64,000 nt of DNA from Octopus vulgaris (GCA_951406725.2 OX597826.1:36084001-36148000); one strand, 5' to 3'; shown: positions 11,507-25,010, counted from the stretch's first letter. A program made the numbers and translations. Notes: generated by a model not told the origin, from the sequence alone.

Positions 11507-12784
11507 CGAGGGGCGTTCAATAAGTAATGCCCCTGACCCACTTCCCATAGCAGTAGAGCAACGAAACTTGGCACAGTTATTAGTCTTTTTCTACATAGGA
11601 ACCACCAAGAGGTACGCATTTCTCCCATCATTTGATGCAGCTCTGGAGACCGTTTTTGTAGAAGACCCCAGCTTGGTCCTCCAACCACGACGTGACTTCA
11701 GAAATCAAGGCTGCATCATCTGGGAAATGCTTTCCTTTCAAAAACAACTTCATGGCTGGAAAGAGGAGAAAATCAGAGGGTGCAAGGTCAGGAGAGTAGG
11801 GGTGATGGGGGAGAGGTTCATAGCCGCACGCCTGTGCTTCTGATCTGGCGACACGCGAGTTGTGGACCGGAGCGTTGTCGATGCCTTTGCTGATTTTGCC
11901 CCGCCTCTTGATTTTGATAGCTTCTCTTAATTTCCTCAAAAGTGAAGCATAATAGGCTCCTGTAATTGTGGTACCCTTTACCAGGAAATCTGTCATCACT
12001 ACTCCGTCCTGGTCCCAGAAGACTGTGAGCATGACCTTGCCAGCGGAGGGCTGCACCTTTGCCTTCTTTAGAGGAGGTGAGTCATGGTGCTTCCACTGCA
12101 TTGACTGGGCTTTGGTCTCTGGATCATAGTGATGGACCCAGGTTTCATCCTGTGTAATCAGTCTTTTGAAAAATTTTGACTCATCTTCTTGGCACATCTC
12201 CAAATTCATCCTCGAGCACTCGACGCATTCTTGCTTCTGGAAAGGTGTGAGCAACCTGGAATCCATCTAGCAGACACCTTTTGCATATGCAAATGGTCAT
12301 GAATGATAGTTTCCACAGACCCGGTACTAATCTTGATCTCATGGGCTATTTGGCAAATAGTTATGCGTCGATCTTCCAAAATGGCAGCCTCAACTTGACG
12401 GACAGATGCCTCATCAATAGCAGAAGGGGGCGACCAGATCTGGGAGCTGTTCCATAGAGTTCCGACCATGTTTGAATTCACGATGCCAGCGTTTTACAAG
12501 GTCATATGATGGGGCATCATCACCATAAGTTACTTTCATTTCATCAAAAGTCTCCCGTGGTGTGCGTCCTTTCAAATGCAAAAACCGGATCACTGCTCGA
12601 CACTCAACAGGCTCCATTTCACACTTGACTCAGTTCAAACACCTATAAATCAGAAACTACAATTAGTTCAGAGCTGTACTTTGCCACTTAATCTATAGAG
12701 ATATAAATAATTGCACATGCAAAATTTCAGCAAGATCAAACAACTACAAATGGGTCAGGGGCATTACTTATTGAACGTCCCTCG
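11507..12784 (-). mobile_element. Near full-length mariner (DD34D) transposon, irritans/Hsmar2-like
   Basis: 34-bp TIRs CGAGGG(G/A)CGTTCAATAAGTAATGCCCCTGACCCA at both ends, TA target duplication, length 1278 bp. Confidence 0.97.
11580..12617 (-). pseudogene. Mariner transposase pseudogene
   Basis: N-terminal HTH (RAVIRFL...YGDDAPSY..VKRW), ARWIP, ITQDETWVHHYDPETKAQS, DNAPVH, YSPDLAPSDF; split by frameshifts and a stop. Confidence 0.93.
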
Positions 12785-12786
12785 TA

Positions 12787-13203
12787 AATCAAAATCATAA
12801 TCGATCAACATCAATGGAATTTGTAGCTGTGTTACCAGTGCTGGTGGCATGTAAGAGAACCATCCGAACGTGGCTGTAGCCAACACCACCCTGACTGGCC
12901 TCCGTGCCTGTGGCACGTAAAAAGCACCATCCGATCGTGGCTGTTGCCAGCCTCGTCTGGTCTCCGTGCCGGTAGCATATAAAAAGCACCATCCGATCGT
13001 GGCCGTTTGCCAGCCTCGTCTGGCACGTAAAAAGCACCCACTATACTCATGGAGTGGTTGGCCCCTTAGGAAGGGCATCTAGCTGTAGAAACACTGCCAG
13101 ATCAGACTGGAGCTTGGTGCAGCCTTCTGACTTCCCAGACCCCAGTTGAACCGTCCAACCAATGCTAGCATGGAAAGCGGACATTAAACGATGATGATGA
13201 TGA

Positions 13204-13206
<3 letters not shown>
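12787..13206 (+). mobile_element. RTE 3'-UTR-derived element with (GAT)n tail
   Basis: AAAGCACCATCCGATCGTGGC subrepeats; AGGAAGGGCATC.AGCTGTAG...AGCATGGAAAGCGGAC; homologous to 29880-30369 and to the RTE at 60865-62205. Confidence 0.85.
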
Positions 13207-13237
<31 letters not shown>

Positions 13238-13544
13238 TCACACAATGCCAGGTCCACCAGACTGGCTCCTATGCCAGTGGTATGTAAAAAGCACCATCTG
13301 AATGTGGCCATTGCCAGTACCCTCTGACTAGCTGTCATGGCGGTGGCATATAAAAAGCACCATCCAAACTTGGCCGATACCAGTACCCACTGACTGGTCC
13401 CCATGCTGGTGGCGTGTAAAACCACTATCTGAATGTGATTGATGTCTGTTTGTCTGTCTATCAATCTCTTTATCTATCTATCTATCTATCTATCTACTTG
13501 CTTTCCCCCTTACACCATATATCATAACACTGTGATACAAGATC

Positions 13545-13845
13545 CCTATTGATCGTTCTTTTTTTTTCCTCTTCCCCTTTTTTTCCCCTTTTTTCTTCTT
13601 TTTTCATTTCTCTTTCCTTTTGTTCCTTTTCCTTTTCTTTTTTTTTCTTTTTATTCTTTTTATTTTATTCGATTTTTTTTTTTGTTTTTGTTCTTTTCTT
13701 CCCTTTTACGATCCCTCTTGATCGAAAACCTACGCCACCCCCCTTTTTTTTCTTTTGTTTTTTGTTCTCTTCATCCCCCAAAAGAAAAGCTCTACCTTGT
13801 AACTTGTCCCATCTGTGTGCAGCCCTGTGTGGCCAATAAAGAAAC
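13545..13845 (+). mobile_element. T-rich LINE 3'-UTR-like fragment sharing the SINE family A tail, lying between (TATC)n tracts
   Basis: Ends AGCCCTGTGTGGCCAATAAAGAAA versus SINE A AGCCCCTTGTGGGCAATAAAGAAA. Confidence 0.5.
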
Positions 13846-14496
13846 TTATCTATCTATCTATCTATCTATCCAACATTAATTTCTGTTTGCCTATCTCAGT
13901 ATTACATGTAGACATCGAGCAATTTTATGATTTCTTAAAAATCATTTTACAACTTTTAGCTCGGCAGATGGAAAGAAGACAGACAGACAGACAGACAGAC
14001 AGGCAGATATATAAATGAACAGAAAGATTGATAGATTTATCGATACGGAGACAGATTGATAGATGGTTATATTGATTGATAGATAGACATATAAATGGAT
14101 GGTTAGAAAGATAGACAGATAAATGGACAGTTCAAAAGATAGATAAACAGATCGAAAGACAAATGAAATTAGCAGTAAAGGATGTTTCATTGACAGTAAA
14201 TTTACCAAAGTTCAAAGAATATATTAACAGCACCAAATTGTTCTAGACATTTAAATAAATTTCTCTATGCAAGAAGGAAGTTATCTGATAATGTGAATGT
14301 GCTTGGTTCTTTTGCCTTTAGCATGAAGCATAATTTGATGTGTGCATATATATACATATAATGAGTATGTGTGTGTGTGTATGTGTGTGTAGATACATAT
14401 GCAAGCATACATACATTTATAAATGTGTGAGTGCGTTTGTGAGTGTGCACTTGTATTAGTGTACACATATAGATACATATATATGTTTGTGTATAA

Positions 14497-14543
<47 letters not shown>

Positions 14544-14749
14544 TATAAAAATAAGAGAGAGAGAGATGTACAAAGATACATACATATATACATGCATAGT
14601 ACATGCATATATGTATGTATATGTATATATAAATATATATATATGTATGTGTATGTGTATATATGTATGTATACACACAAGGAGAAAGAGAGAAAGAGAG
14701 AGAGAGGGGCATAAACATAGATATATATAAATATATATATGCATGTATA

Positions 14750-14785
<36 letters not shown>

Positions 14786-15629
14786 CATACACATATATAT
14801 ATGTATGTATGTCTTTCTTGTTTTCTCTTCCACTCTCTCTCTATGTATATATACACACACATATATCTGTGCACACATATACGCTGATAAATATGTGTGT
14901 GTGAGTGTTTCCACATTTGTGCTCTTATAATATATTCATATCGAGCTAAAGATAAATGGTTTGATAGATAGGTACGAGCTATAGAATATCTTATTAAATC
15001 GCAATAAAGGTTCCAATTGATTGAGCCACATCTATAGGAATTCTCAATGTGTAACTACTATGAGAATATAATTACAGTTCTTTCACAGAAAGACCGATTC
15101 CAATTCATATTCAAGCATTTATTTACATTTGTGTTTACTTCAGGAGCAAAGCAGTACTTCTCTAAACGATGTCAGTCTTTCTAGATGAAATATAAATATG
15201 ACCCGTAGTTCACAATATAATAATGATAATATGGTTTCGTTTTATGGAGAACATCCAGAATTGTATAAAGTTTGTTTCTACTGGCATTTGGTAAATCATC
15301 AAATAACATTCAGTGATTCATCCAAAATTATGTCAGTCTTGGAATGATAAACAGGAAGAGTAAGGATAAAGGGAGAGAATCAGCTTTAGCAGGATTTGAA
15401 CTCTAAACAATGAGAGAAGAAGCTAAATAATTTACCTGGAAATGGTATGGTTCCTTGTTTTGCTATTTCTATTTATGTAGTGTTTATCTTTTGCATTGGA
15501 GTGATACAACATTGAAGTTGTAGCTAATATGCTGTTTTTTCTTATACTGGACACTGGTCACCATTAGCCTGTCTCAAATAATTTGGCTTTTTACAATAGG
15601 GAGGCCAGTAATAAACTTGTCTTGGCTGG

Positions 15630-15870
15630 ACCTTTGTCCTAATATCCCATGATGAGTGTAAATAAGCATCACAGTCATACAAGTGGTGTTGTTTGTTTCC
15701 GATCTTCTGTGGGAAACATGTCCAGCCATGGGGAAATGTTTGAAGACATGAGAGGGTTGGTGTCAAGAGGAACATCTGGTCAAAGAAAATCTGCTTTAAA
15801 AGATTCTGTCTGACCCATGCAAGCATAGAGAAGTGGATGTTGAATGGTGATGACGACGATGATGATGATT
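15630..15870 (+). mobile_element. Dispersed retro-repeat with (GAT)n tail; related to 44350-44560 (opposite strand)
   Basis: ACCCATGCAAGCAT...GTGGATGTTGAATG followed by (GAT)n. Confidence 0.65.
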
Positions 15871-16127
15871 CATTCATTCATTGACTGATTGAGTGACTGA
15901 TTGTTTGATTAATGATGAAGCAAGGAGCCAACATAGATCTTGTAAGACATCTTGTCCAATGCTCAACAATTCTACCAATCTATTATCCTACACTGATACT
16001 TTGTCTATTGACCCCAAAAAGATAAAAACAAAGACAATTTTAAGGGATTTGAACTCCGAATGCAGGGAGTTAAAACATTCAGGCCTAGGAACTATTTCAT
16101 ACCCAAACATCTACTAACATTCTACAA

Positions 16128-16368
16128 CAGGGGTTCTTGACCATTTTTTTTACCTGAGGACCCCTTTGATTACTATTTTATTCTGGTGGGCCCCCAAAGA
16201 CATTTGATGCTTAAAAACTAATTTTTGAGATGTTTCTTTCAAAGTTTCTATCTTATTGTTCACTCATTCTTTTGTGAAATGTTGGAGAAAGAAACCTGTC
16301 TCTTACAATGCATGCATTTAAGTCAAAACTTCCATGGATCCTTAAAGTATACTTGTGGATCCCCAATT
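16128..16368. mobile_element. hAT-like non-autonomous element fragment
   Basis: Starts CAGGGGTTCTTGACC; GGACCCCTTTGATT shared with the copy at 45801-45890. Confidence 0.45.
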
Positions 16369-16371
16369 ATA

Positions 16372-16950
16372 TCAGGTCATCCCATAAGTTCTGTCCGAAT
16401 TTTGAATAAAGAAAACAAGTGATCAAATGTTATCTGTAATTGAAATCGAATAATCAATGTACTTTCCCTGATTATCTATGACTTCCTTCCATCTATTTAC
16501 AAGCTTTTTAATCCCATCAATGTAAAACTCTTTTGGTTTCAAAGTGAAGAACTCTGAAATGTCAGTTTCGACCTCCTCCTGGCTTGTGAAAGCTATGTCC
16601 CCCAAATGATTCTGTAAACTACGAAACAAATGGTAGTCTGAAGGAGCAAGGTCGGGAAAATAAGGTGGATGAGGAATTTTTTTCCCAACCAAGCTCTTCG
16701 ATCTTCTGTGATGTGATCTTTGCAGTGTGGAGTTGCACATTGTCCTGATGAAACATCACTCCTTTTCGACTCACTAAACGTTTTTTTTTCCTTCAAAGCT
16801 TGATTCAAACACTCTAATTGCTGACAGTAGACTTGAGCATTGATTGTTGCATTAGGTGGTAACAATTCAAAGTGAATTACTCCTTTGCATTCCCACCAGA
16901 TAGAGAGAAGAACCTTTTTCCCATGAAGTTGCCTTCTCAGTTGTGGTTAT
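16372..16950 (-). mobile_element. Mariner 3' fragment (Hsmar1/Mos1-like)
   Basis: TA + TIR TCAGGTCATCCCATAAG; KKVLLSIWW..KGVIHFELLP..TINAQVYCQQL; PHPPYFPDLAPSDYHLFRSLQN; GIKKLVNRWKEVIDNQG.Y. Confidence 0.92.
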
Positions 16951-17198
16951 CTACAAGCCTTCTTCCCCAGAATATCTTCCCTCTGGTATCATCTCCTGCT
17001 CATGTCTTTCCTGAAGATGTTAACCTAGAACAGTAAACAGAATGTTAATGGCAATGAAGCTGGTTCTTAGAGAACCAGCAAAAGCCATGGGTCCTGCCAT
17101 TTCCTCCAGATTGAACAACTAAAAGAAGTATTTTGTCCAACACATTAAAACATCAGCTAATTAACTGATACAAAATATTACTGATATATATTTAATGA

Positions 17199-17239
<41 letters not shown>

Positions 17240-18094
17240 TGTTAGTGTTTATGTCACCCCACCCCACCTTTTGTTGGTTTATTGACATCCCTGAATGAAG
17301 TGGGTTTGGTATAATGATTCTGATGGAATAGTATCGGACTTAAAAAATAAAACTGGGGTTCATTTGTTTTACTAAACCCTTTGAGGCAGTGCTCCAGCAT
17401 GGCTGCAGCCCAGTGAATAAAACAAGTAAAGCGAAAAATATAAAAATAAAAGGAATAATACCAAAAAAGATGATAGAAAACAAAACAGTTACAGAAATCT
17501 GATATTTGTGTTATTAAAAACAAGATTATTAAAGTAATTTGTTTCTCGTTAAAGAATGAAATCCATTCACCTTTTAGTCTGGCCAGTTCTTACTGAAGAC
17601 ACACAGGAAAGTTCCATTTAAATGATTTGGTATGAAGTGCCATTTATTCATTGATGTCTGCTGCTGGCTGACAGACTTACAAAAATGAATGACAATGTAT
17701 TCAGACATGTTCTCAAAATACTTACCATTAATTATAACTGACAATTTAAAAAACAACAACAATAACAACAAGAAGTGAAAATAAGTAGAATAATAGATCA
17801 AGTACTCGAATAATAAAAGACTTAAGAGAGAAATGGACGAGTTGACAGGAATACAGTGAATGTCAATGGAGAATTATTATTCTATATCTCCAGACAAATG
17901 TTTGAAATTCTATGTTAGAATTAAAATTATGTCTGCAATTTATTTCTTGTGAGTTATTTCAATGATAAAGATGGTTGAGATAGTGCCATGACTTACTTTC
18001 AATATATTTAATGCGTTCCAGAAGAGGGAAACACTTTAAGACGGAATTTGGATTTACTCTGTTTCCTCGAACTGAAATTACTGTCAATGAATTG

Positions 18095-18590
18095 CCAAAT
18101 ATTAGTGTTGACAGATATTAATGTTGACAGATTAACATATATTACAGTTAGGAGATAACATATTTTACTGTCATACTAATCTATGCATACTGACAAGAGA
18201 TTAACATAAATTACTACAGTTGGACTTTTAACGTTTATAACATACAGGAGATTAACATAAATTATTATCAAAGATTAACATGTGTTACTGAACAGAGATT
18301 GACATATATTATTGCCAAAGGTTAACATATATTACTAACGAAAGATTAAAATTATTATTACTGGGAGATTAGAATCTTATTGCCATCATATTAACATATA
18401 TTACTGATAGATTAACATTATAGTGCTACTGTATTTTCATATATTACTGATAGAAGATTAAAATATAATTATTGTCAGAAATTAATGTGCATTACTAATG
18501 GGAGATTAACATTATATTACAGTCATGTAGCATATATTACTGGTAGAAGATTTGCATACTTTATTATCAGATTAACATGTATTATTGTCA
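18095..18590. repeat. Degenerate ~25-bp minisatellite (AGATTAACATATATTACT-like)
   Basis: More than a dozen variably diverged copies read directly. Confidence 0.75.
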
Positions 18591-19517
18591 GAAACACACT
18601 TTATAAACACTGTAAAATGGTTGGCATTAGGAAGGGCATCAAGCTGTAAAAGGCATGTCAAAATCGACAAAGGAACCAAGGGAGGCTCTTGGCCTTGGCC
18701 TTGCTAACTCCTCTCAAACTGTCCAAACTATGCCAGTATGTAAAATGGACATTAAGTGATGATGATAATGATGATTGGCAAGGTTAATTTTTTCCATGCA
18801 GCACCACATGTCATAATCCATGTAACACCACCATGTAGCATCAATGCATGTTATGTGAATAAACAATGGAACTTCTATGTGATCATAAATTCAACAAAAA
18901 AAAAAAAGAAGAAAAGAAAACTATGGCAGTTAATCTCTTTCAAATCACACAACCTGGTGCTTTATGGTAAAAAAAAGAAAAACATGAAGGATACGTTAAA
19001 TAATGTATTCCAAGATAAACTTTGGTTAAAAAAAAAAACAACGATGATGGAAGGTCAAAGTTGAAACATCGTTGACTCTCTGTCTGGTTGATTAGAGATA
19101 ACTTGAGGCTAAAAGTAAAAAAAAACAAAAAAATAAACAAAAAACAAACAAACAATGAAATGAACAGCAAATACTAATGACAACAATAACGATGAGAGGA
19201 AGAACAACAGCAACAATGAGAATGACAAGAACAACAAAGAGAAGAAGAACAGCAGCAATTCTGTACAGTGTATGAGTTAATGTGTTGTATTTGTAAAGCT
19301 AATTATTTTTAAGTCAGTAAATCTATCTACAAACAACCTATGACCAAGAATGATAAGTAAATACTTAATTAGTTGATTAGTTCAATTTGTATTGACAAAT
19401 CTCTTTGTTGCATCACAGAAGCTTAACTAACGCTTCTCTTTTGTTTTTTTCCTCATAAACTGGCATCAGCTGTGAGCATGTTTTGTTCTTTTATTAAGTG
19501 TTGAGTGTGTAAAGACA

Positions 19518-19675
19518 GTGGCTGTGTGGTAAGTAGCTTGGTTACCAACCACATAATTCCGTGTTCAGTCTCACTGTGTGGCACCTCGGGCAAGTGTCTT
19601 CTCCTATAGCCTCAGTTTGACCAAAGCCTTGTGAGTGGATTTGGTAAACGGAAATTGAAAGAAGCCCATCATGTA
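19518..19675 (+). mobile_element. SINE family B, 5' half
   Basis: GTGGCTGTGTGGTAAGTAGCTTG...GAAAGAAGCCC. Confidence 0.85.
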
Positions 19676-19699
19676 TATGTATATATACATATATATATA

Positions 19700-19864
19700 A
19701 TATTAATTAGAGACAAAACCACTATTTTGCAAATCAAACAAGGAAAGACTTAATCAATACATAAAAATATTTTAATATAAAGTAAATAAATTTTACTATA
19801 AAATTGGATTCAATCCTAAATCTGATTTTTCCCTGTAAATTTGGATTTATTCCCTAATATTTAT

Positions 19865-19909
<45 letters not shown>

Positions 19910-20073
19910 ATCCAAATAAGAAAACATAAAAAAACACAGCAACGCGAGGACATGGAACAAATAAAGTATTATTGGATGCTCAGGAAAGAAGGGAAGAAGG
20001 AGGGTTTAACGTTTCGAGCAGAGCTCTTCGTCGGAAACAAAGGAGAAGGAAAGATCCCGAGAAGGGAAGACAG
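19700..20073. mobile_element. Two Penelope-type terminal remnants separated and flanked by (TA)n
   Basis: 19700-19870 holds the two blocks of the 1751-2084 element in inverted relative orientation; 19905-20073 carries a hammerhead motif. Confidence 0.7.
20004..20038 (-). ncRNA. Minimal type-I hammerhead ribozyme motif
   Basis: GUUU-CCGACGA-A-GAGC(UCU)GCUC-GAAA-CG-UU^AAAC: stem I GUUU/AAAC, stem II GAGC/GCUC, palindromic stem III AACGUU. Confidence 0.8.
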
Positions 20074-20105
<32 letters not shown>

Positions 20106-20929
20106 ATATGAAAGAAGATTTGAAAATGCAATTTTAAAGATGTTTTATTCACTTAACCGGTTTCACTTTTTTAGAAAAAAGATTGTCAAAAGTAAAATGT
20201 AAAGCTTTGTATAAGTTTTGTTGTGTTAAGTATTGGTTGTCACAAAATATTACAATACATGTATACATTCTTTGATAATAATAAGAAAATGTTAAAAACA
20301 GTTTACAAGGAAAAATCTTGAGAAAATATTAAACAAAAAGTTCAATAAAAATATTAGGATTTCATTAAAAATCATTAAAAATTATTTGAAAGTATCTATA
20401 TACATACACAGAAAAGTATTAGGAGTTCAAAAAAAGTCATATTTGGTAGTATATAAATATATATACACAGAAGGAGATATATTTAGGAGTTTACAAAGAA
20501 TTTGAGATGAACTAACCTGTTTTAGTGTTAAGGGAGATCATTAGCTAATTACATGAACCCCAGTACTTCACTGGTATTTTATCCGTTTAAGGGTCAAAGG
20601 CAAAGTTAGCCTTGACAATATTTGAGCTCAGAACATAAAGGGTTAAAAGAAATGTATGCAGCATTTTGTCTAATGCACCTATGATTCTGCCAGTTCAATG
20701 GTCTCTTATTTATGTACAAGGCCAGATTTCTAAGGAGTTGGGGTGGTGGAGACATAATCGATACCATCAACTCTAAAAGGATAAAAGCTTCAGTTGATCC
20801 CAGTAGGATTTGAACTCAGAATGTAGAGAGGTAAAACAAATAAGGCAAAGCATTCTTTCTGGTGTTTTAACAAGTCTTCTAGTGTTGGTCGTGGAGGTAG
20901 TAGTAGCAGCAGCAGCAGCAGCAGTAGTG

Positions 20930-20982
<53 letters not shown>

Positions 20983-22587
20983 GGTGGTGTCGGTGGTGTC
21001 GGTGGTGTCGGTGGTGGTGGTGGTGTTTGGCATATCATGTCGAAGGTGAGCATTTCTTGTTGTCTCAGCAACAATGACTTTATTGGTTTATTAAAGAATT
21101 TAGCCTGAAAATATTTGATGACAAGAAAAGAATTTCCAAATATTCCTTTCTTTTATTTAATTTGACGTCTTCCTCTATTATGTTTATTTATTAGATAATA
21201 ATGAACACTTTTTTCCCCACTTTTTCCATTATTTCTCCTCCCCTCCCCTCCCTGCTGTAAATTCTTCCTTGTATTATACTGCAATCACTCCTAATCAAGC
21301 TGAGTATTACCATATTCTTGTAACAATGGTTATTTTGATATTCCACCTCACTCGCTGCCACACACACACACACACATAATATTGTTCCAAACACTGTAAA
21401 TATATTGAAGCACATCACATTTATATAACTTTTATTTCTTTTGTTTTACTTTCTTAATTCTAGGAAATCTAACTGTAAATCAATATTTATTTGATTCCGA
21501 TGCTGCAGTTGAGACTTCTGACCACTTAACTATTATTAAATAACTCACCATGGACCATAACATAGGAATTAATTAATTTGGAATAAGAATATAGTTCTTG
21601 TATTTATCTAAAATAGTCGTTCTCAACCATTTATAGCCTATTTTTCTTTTTCCATCAAAATGGCATTTTACAAATCCTCCCCTTTCACCAAATAGTTTTT
21701 TTTATATACATTCCTTTTGGCCAACTGTTGTAGCAGTAATTTGAAATTCAACTGCTAGGTAACTGGTCACGCATCACAACCAAACCACAGTTGTTTCACA
21801 TGATCAGTCTATTAAGCAACCAATCAGTATCGAACCATCAGAGGATTCAATCTTCTAGAATCTTCTTCATATACCCTATCAAAAGCCACTTTTGGTGTGA
21901 ACGCTCTTTACAGAGTGTTGAGGCCTGTCAACTCATTCATGCATTTCACCTCTAGCCTGAAAGAACGTTGAGGCAGTGGCATGTTGTGTCTTCATTGTCA
22001 CCACAGTCAAATGCTTATGACAGACAACAGAGAGTCTACAGGAATCTCCATCACCATGAATATAGCACAATTGTTCCAGTTATGTTGCACCAGCCACTGG
22101 TTCCTCTATTAGTCTCTTGCCATAAACTTCAAGCAGTATCTCTCTCCCAGTATGTAATTATTGTTGTTGCTATCTGTAAACGACCAACACAGTTTGACTT
22201 TATATGCGATAATAAAATCTTCCGTTAATATTTATGGATGTTGTCTGTTATTTCTTCATGCAGTGCAAGAAACCTATCTTCACTCATCAACCCAACTAGT
22301 CACCATCTCAGATCAACCAACAAAACCCATCCACCACAGGGTTTTATAAGTACACACTTAATCTGTTTATGTGGGAAAAAGATTGATTTCTTGAAGCAGA
22401 AGCTGAGTCTGAACAATGTTTTATTATTCTTATCCTTTACACCAGCATACAGTCCTCACATTTTAGATATTCGAGTAAATTAATGTTGACTATGTTGTAT
22501 TTGTGTTTAATTTGCTAAAGAATGTGAGAACTTTGTCATCACTATTATCTTTTATGTCTACTTTCCCACGCCTGCATAGGGCAGATG

Positions 22588-22713
22588 GGCACTGTCATGC
22601 ATTACGTAAATAAACGGCGTAAATAAACGAAAGACGACGTAAATACACGAAGTTGACGTCTGACGTCAGATTTCTCTACTTTCACTTCTGACACCCAAAT
22701 GCATGACAGTGCC
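22588..22713. mobile_element. 126-bp MITE, Merlin-like
   Basis: Perfect 16-bp TIR GGCACTGTCATGCATT, perfect 8-bp TSD GGCAGATG (22580-22587 and 22714-22721), GG termini. Confidence 0.88.
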
Positions 22714-23777
22714 GGCAGATGAGTATATGTTGCATGCAACAGAATTTTCAATGGCCATATGCCCCTCCAAATGAGGTAATTATCTCCCAGACTACTGACC
22801 AATCTGGACATGGTTATGTGGAGAAGTGGAAACGATGTACACCATTTGAATAGATCTTCTGTTTACAAAGATCACACACAATACACCAAGACATGTTAGG
22901 AAACTCAGAGAGGTTTTTGCAGTTGACTGAAAGCAAACTGCACTGTTTGCATGAATGGTGAGGCCATTGTTTACAACCAGCAAACACACTTGATGATGAA
23001 AGGAAATACTGACTCACACAAATGCATATGCACACAAAGACACACACACATACACACACACACATATGCTTACATCCATACCCACTTAGAAAACAGGAAA
23101 ATATACTAAAGTATAAATATATCACCACAACAAAAGAATAATAGCAAGGTTACACAGTATATATATTTTACGAACATCAACAACCAAAAATCGAAACAAA
23201 AAAAAAAACAAACAAAAAACGGAACAAAACAGAAATCTGAAAAACTTGAATGCATTGCAGTTATGATAAACACATAAAACAAAAATAAAAATAACAAAAA
23301 TGAATAAAAAGAAACAGCCTGTCTAATTCAAATTCTGATCAATATGATTGTGCTAAATATATAAGAAAGAAATATTTGGTATTTTTCAAATAAGAATTTT
23401 GTTGTATTCCAGGAATTTTATAAATATATAATAATGGTTTGCAAGTTATAGTCACATACTTAAAATAAAATTGAAAAAAAATAATAAAAATATATAAAAC
23501 TGAACAAAATACAAATATAATTGTTACTATTGTTTGTTTGATATAAGTTTTATGTTAGTAGAAAGAACAAATGGTAAATTTAGATTCCATGCATTAATGG
23601 GAAAGGCAATTAGAGAAGGGGAAGAAGGGAGGGGGTTGGCGTTCTTTCAGATTTTTTTCTTCTTGTGTGATTAGTTACTAACTGCACAATACCTACTCAA
23701 AGACATACATAGTGCAGAAGCAGGCATATTTCATATACATTCATACATATATATACATACATATATATCTGTATACG

Positions 23778-23836
<59 letters not shown>

Positions 23837-24229
23837 GTGTGTGTGTATGTATATATATGTATATATATATATATACATACATACATATATACATATATCT
23901 ATACATACATATATATATGCACACACATCACACATATTTACATACACACACATATATATATACATACGCACACTCATATTTCTCTTCGTTTGCACTTAAA
24001 CACTAGATATACATGCATGTATATGTATGCCCTTTTCTTTCTATCGTTCTATCTTTTTCATTCTTTCACTCTGTATTATATATATATATATATATATATG
24101 CATATATATATATGCATATATCTTATATATGAGCATTTATATATATATGTAGCTACTTATGCATACATACACCCCCTTTTTCTCCCTGTTGTACTTACAT
24201 ATTAGATATATGTTTATATATATATATAT

Positions 24230-24750
24230 ATCATCATCATCATCTTCATCATCATTGTCATCATCATTTTAACTCTTCTACTTTTCTATACTGCCATGTC
24301 TCATGAAATTTGTTGAGATAGATTTTCTCTGGCCAGTAAGGCGATGCTGGTAACGATCACGTTCAAATGGTGCTTTTCACGTGCCACTGGCATGGAAGTC
24401 GGATGGAGCTGTTAGCACTTCACTGGCACGGGTGCCAGTCATCAAATTTGGTTCAATTTCGATTCCGATTTCACTTGCCCCAACAGGTCTTCGCAAGCAG
24501 AGTTTAGTGTCCAATGAAGTTTAGTGTCCAATGATGGGTGCCAGTCATCGAATTTAGTTTGATTTAAAATTCAATTTCAATTTCCCTTGCCTCAATGGAT
24601 CTTCACAAGCAGAGTTTTGTGTCTAAAGAAGGAAAGGTATGCATAAATGGGCTGGCTACATCCCTGGGAAGGCAATGGGTTATGGTCTCACTTGTCCTGC
24701 CAGGTTTTCTCACACACAGCATATTTCCAAAGGTCTCAGTCACTAGTCAT
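24230..24750 (-). mobile_element. RTE 3'-UTR-derived elements, with internal duplications
   Basis: TTCACTTGCC.CAACAGGTCTTC and GGAAAGGTATGCA match the reverse complement of the 27510-30369 unit; 17-bp tandem duplication AGTTTAGTGTCCAATGA. Confidence 0.7.
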
Positions 24751-24756
24751 TATACG

Positions 24757-25010
24757 CAACAGGCTTCTTTCAGTTTCTATCTACCAAATCCACACACAAG
24801 GCTTTGGTCAGCTCGAGGCTATAGTAAAATATACATACATATATATATATATATTCAGCAGGCGTCTTTCAGTTTCAATCTACCAAATTCACAAGGCTTT
24901 GGTCAGCTTGAGGCTATAGTAAAAGATACTTGTCCAAAGTTCCACGCAGTGGGACTGAACCCAGAAACATGTGGTTGGGAAGTAAGGTTCTTACCACACA
25001 GCCACTCCTA
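24757..25010 (-). mobile_element. SINE family B 5' half with tandemly duplicated segment
   Basis: CTTTCAGTTTC...TACCAAAT...GAGGCTATAGTAAAA occurs twice, followed by the tRNA-like head. Confidence 0.8.
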
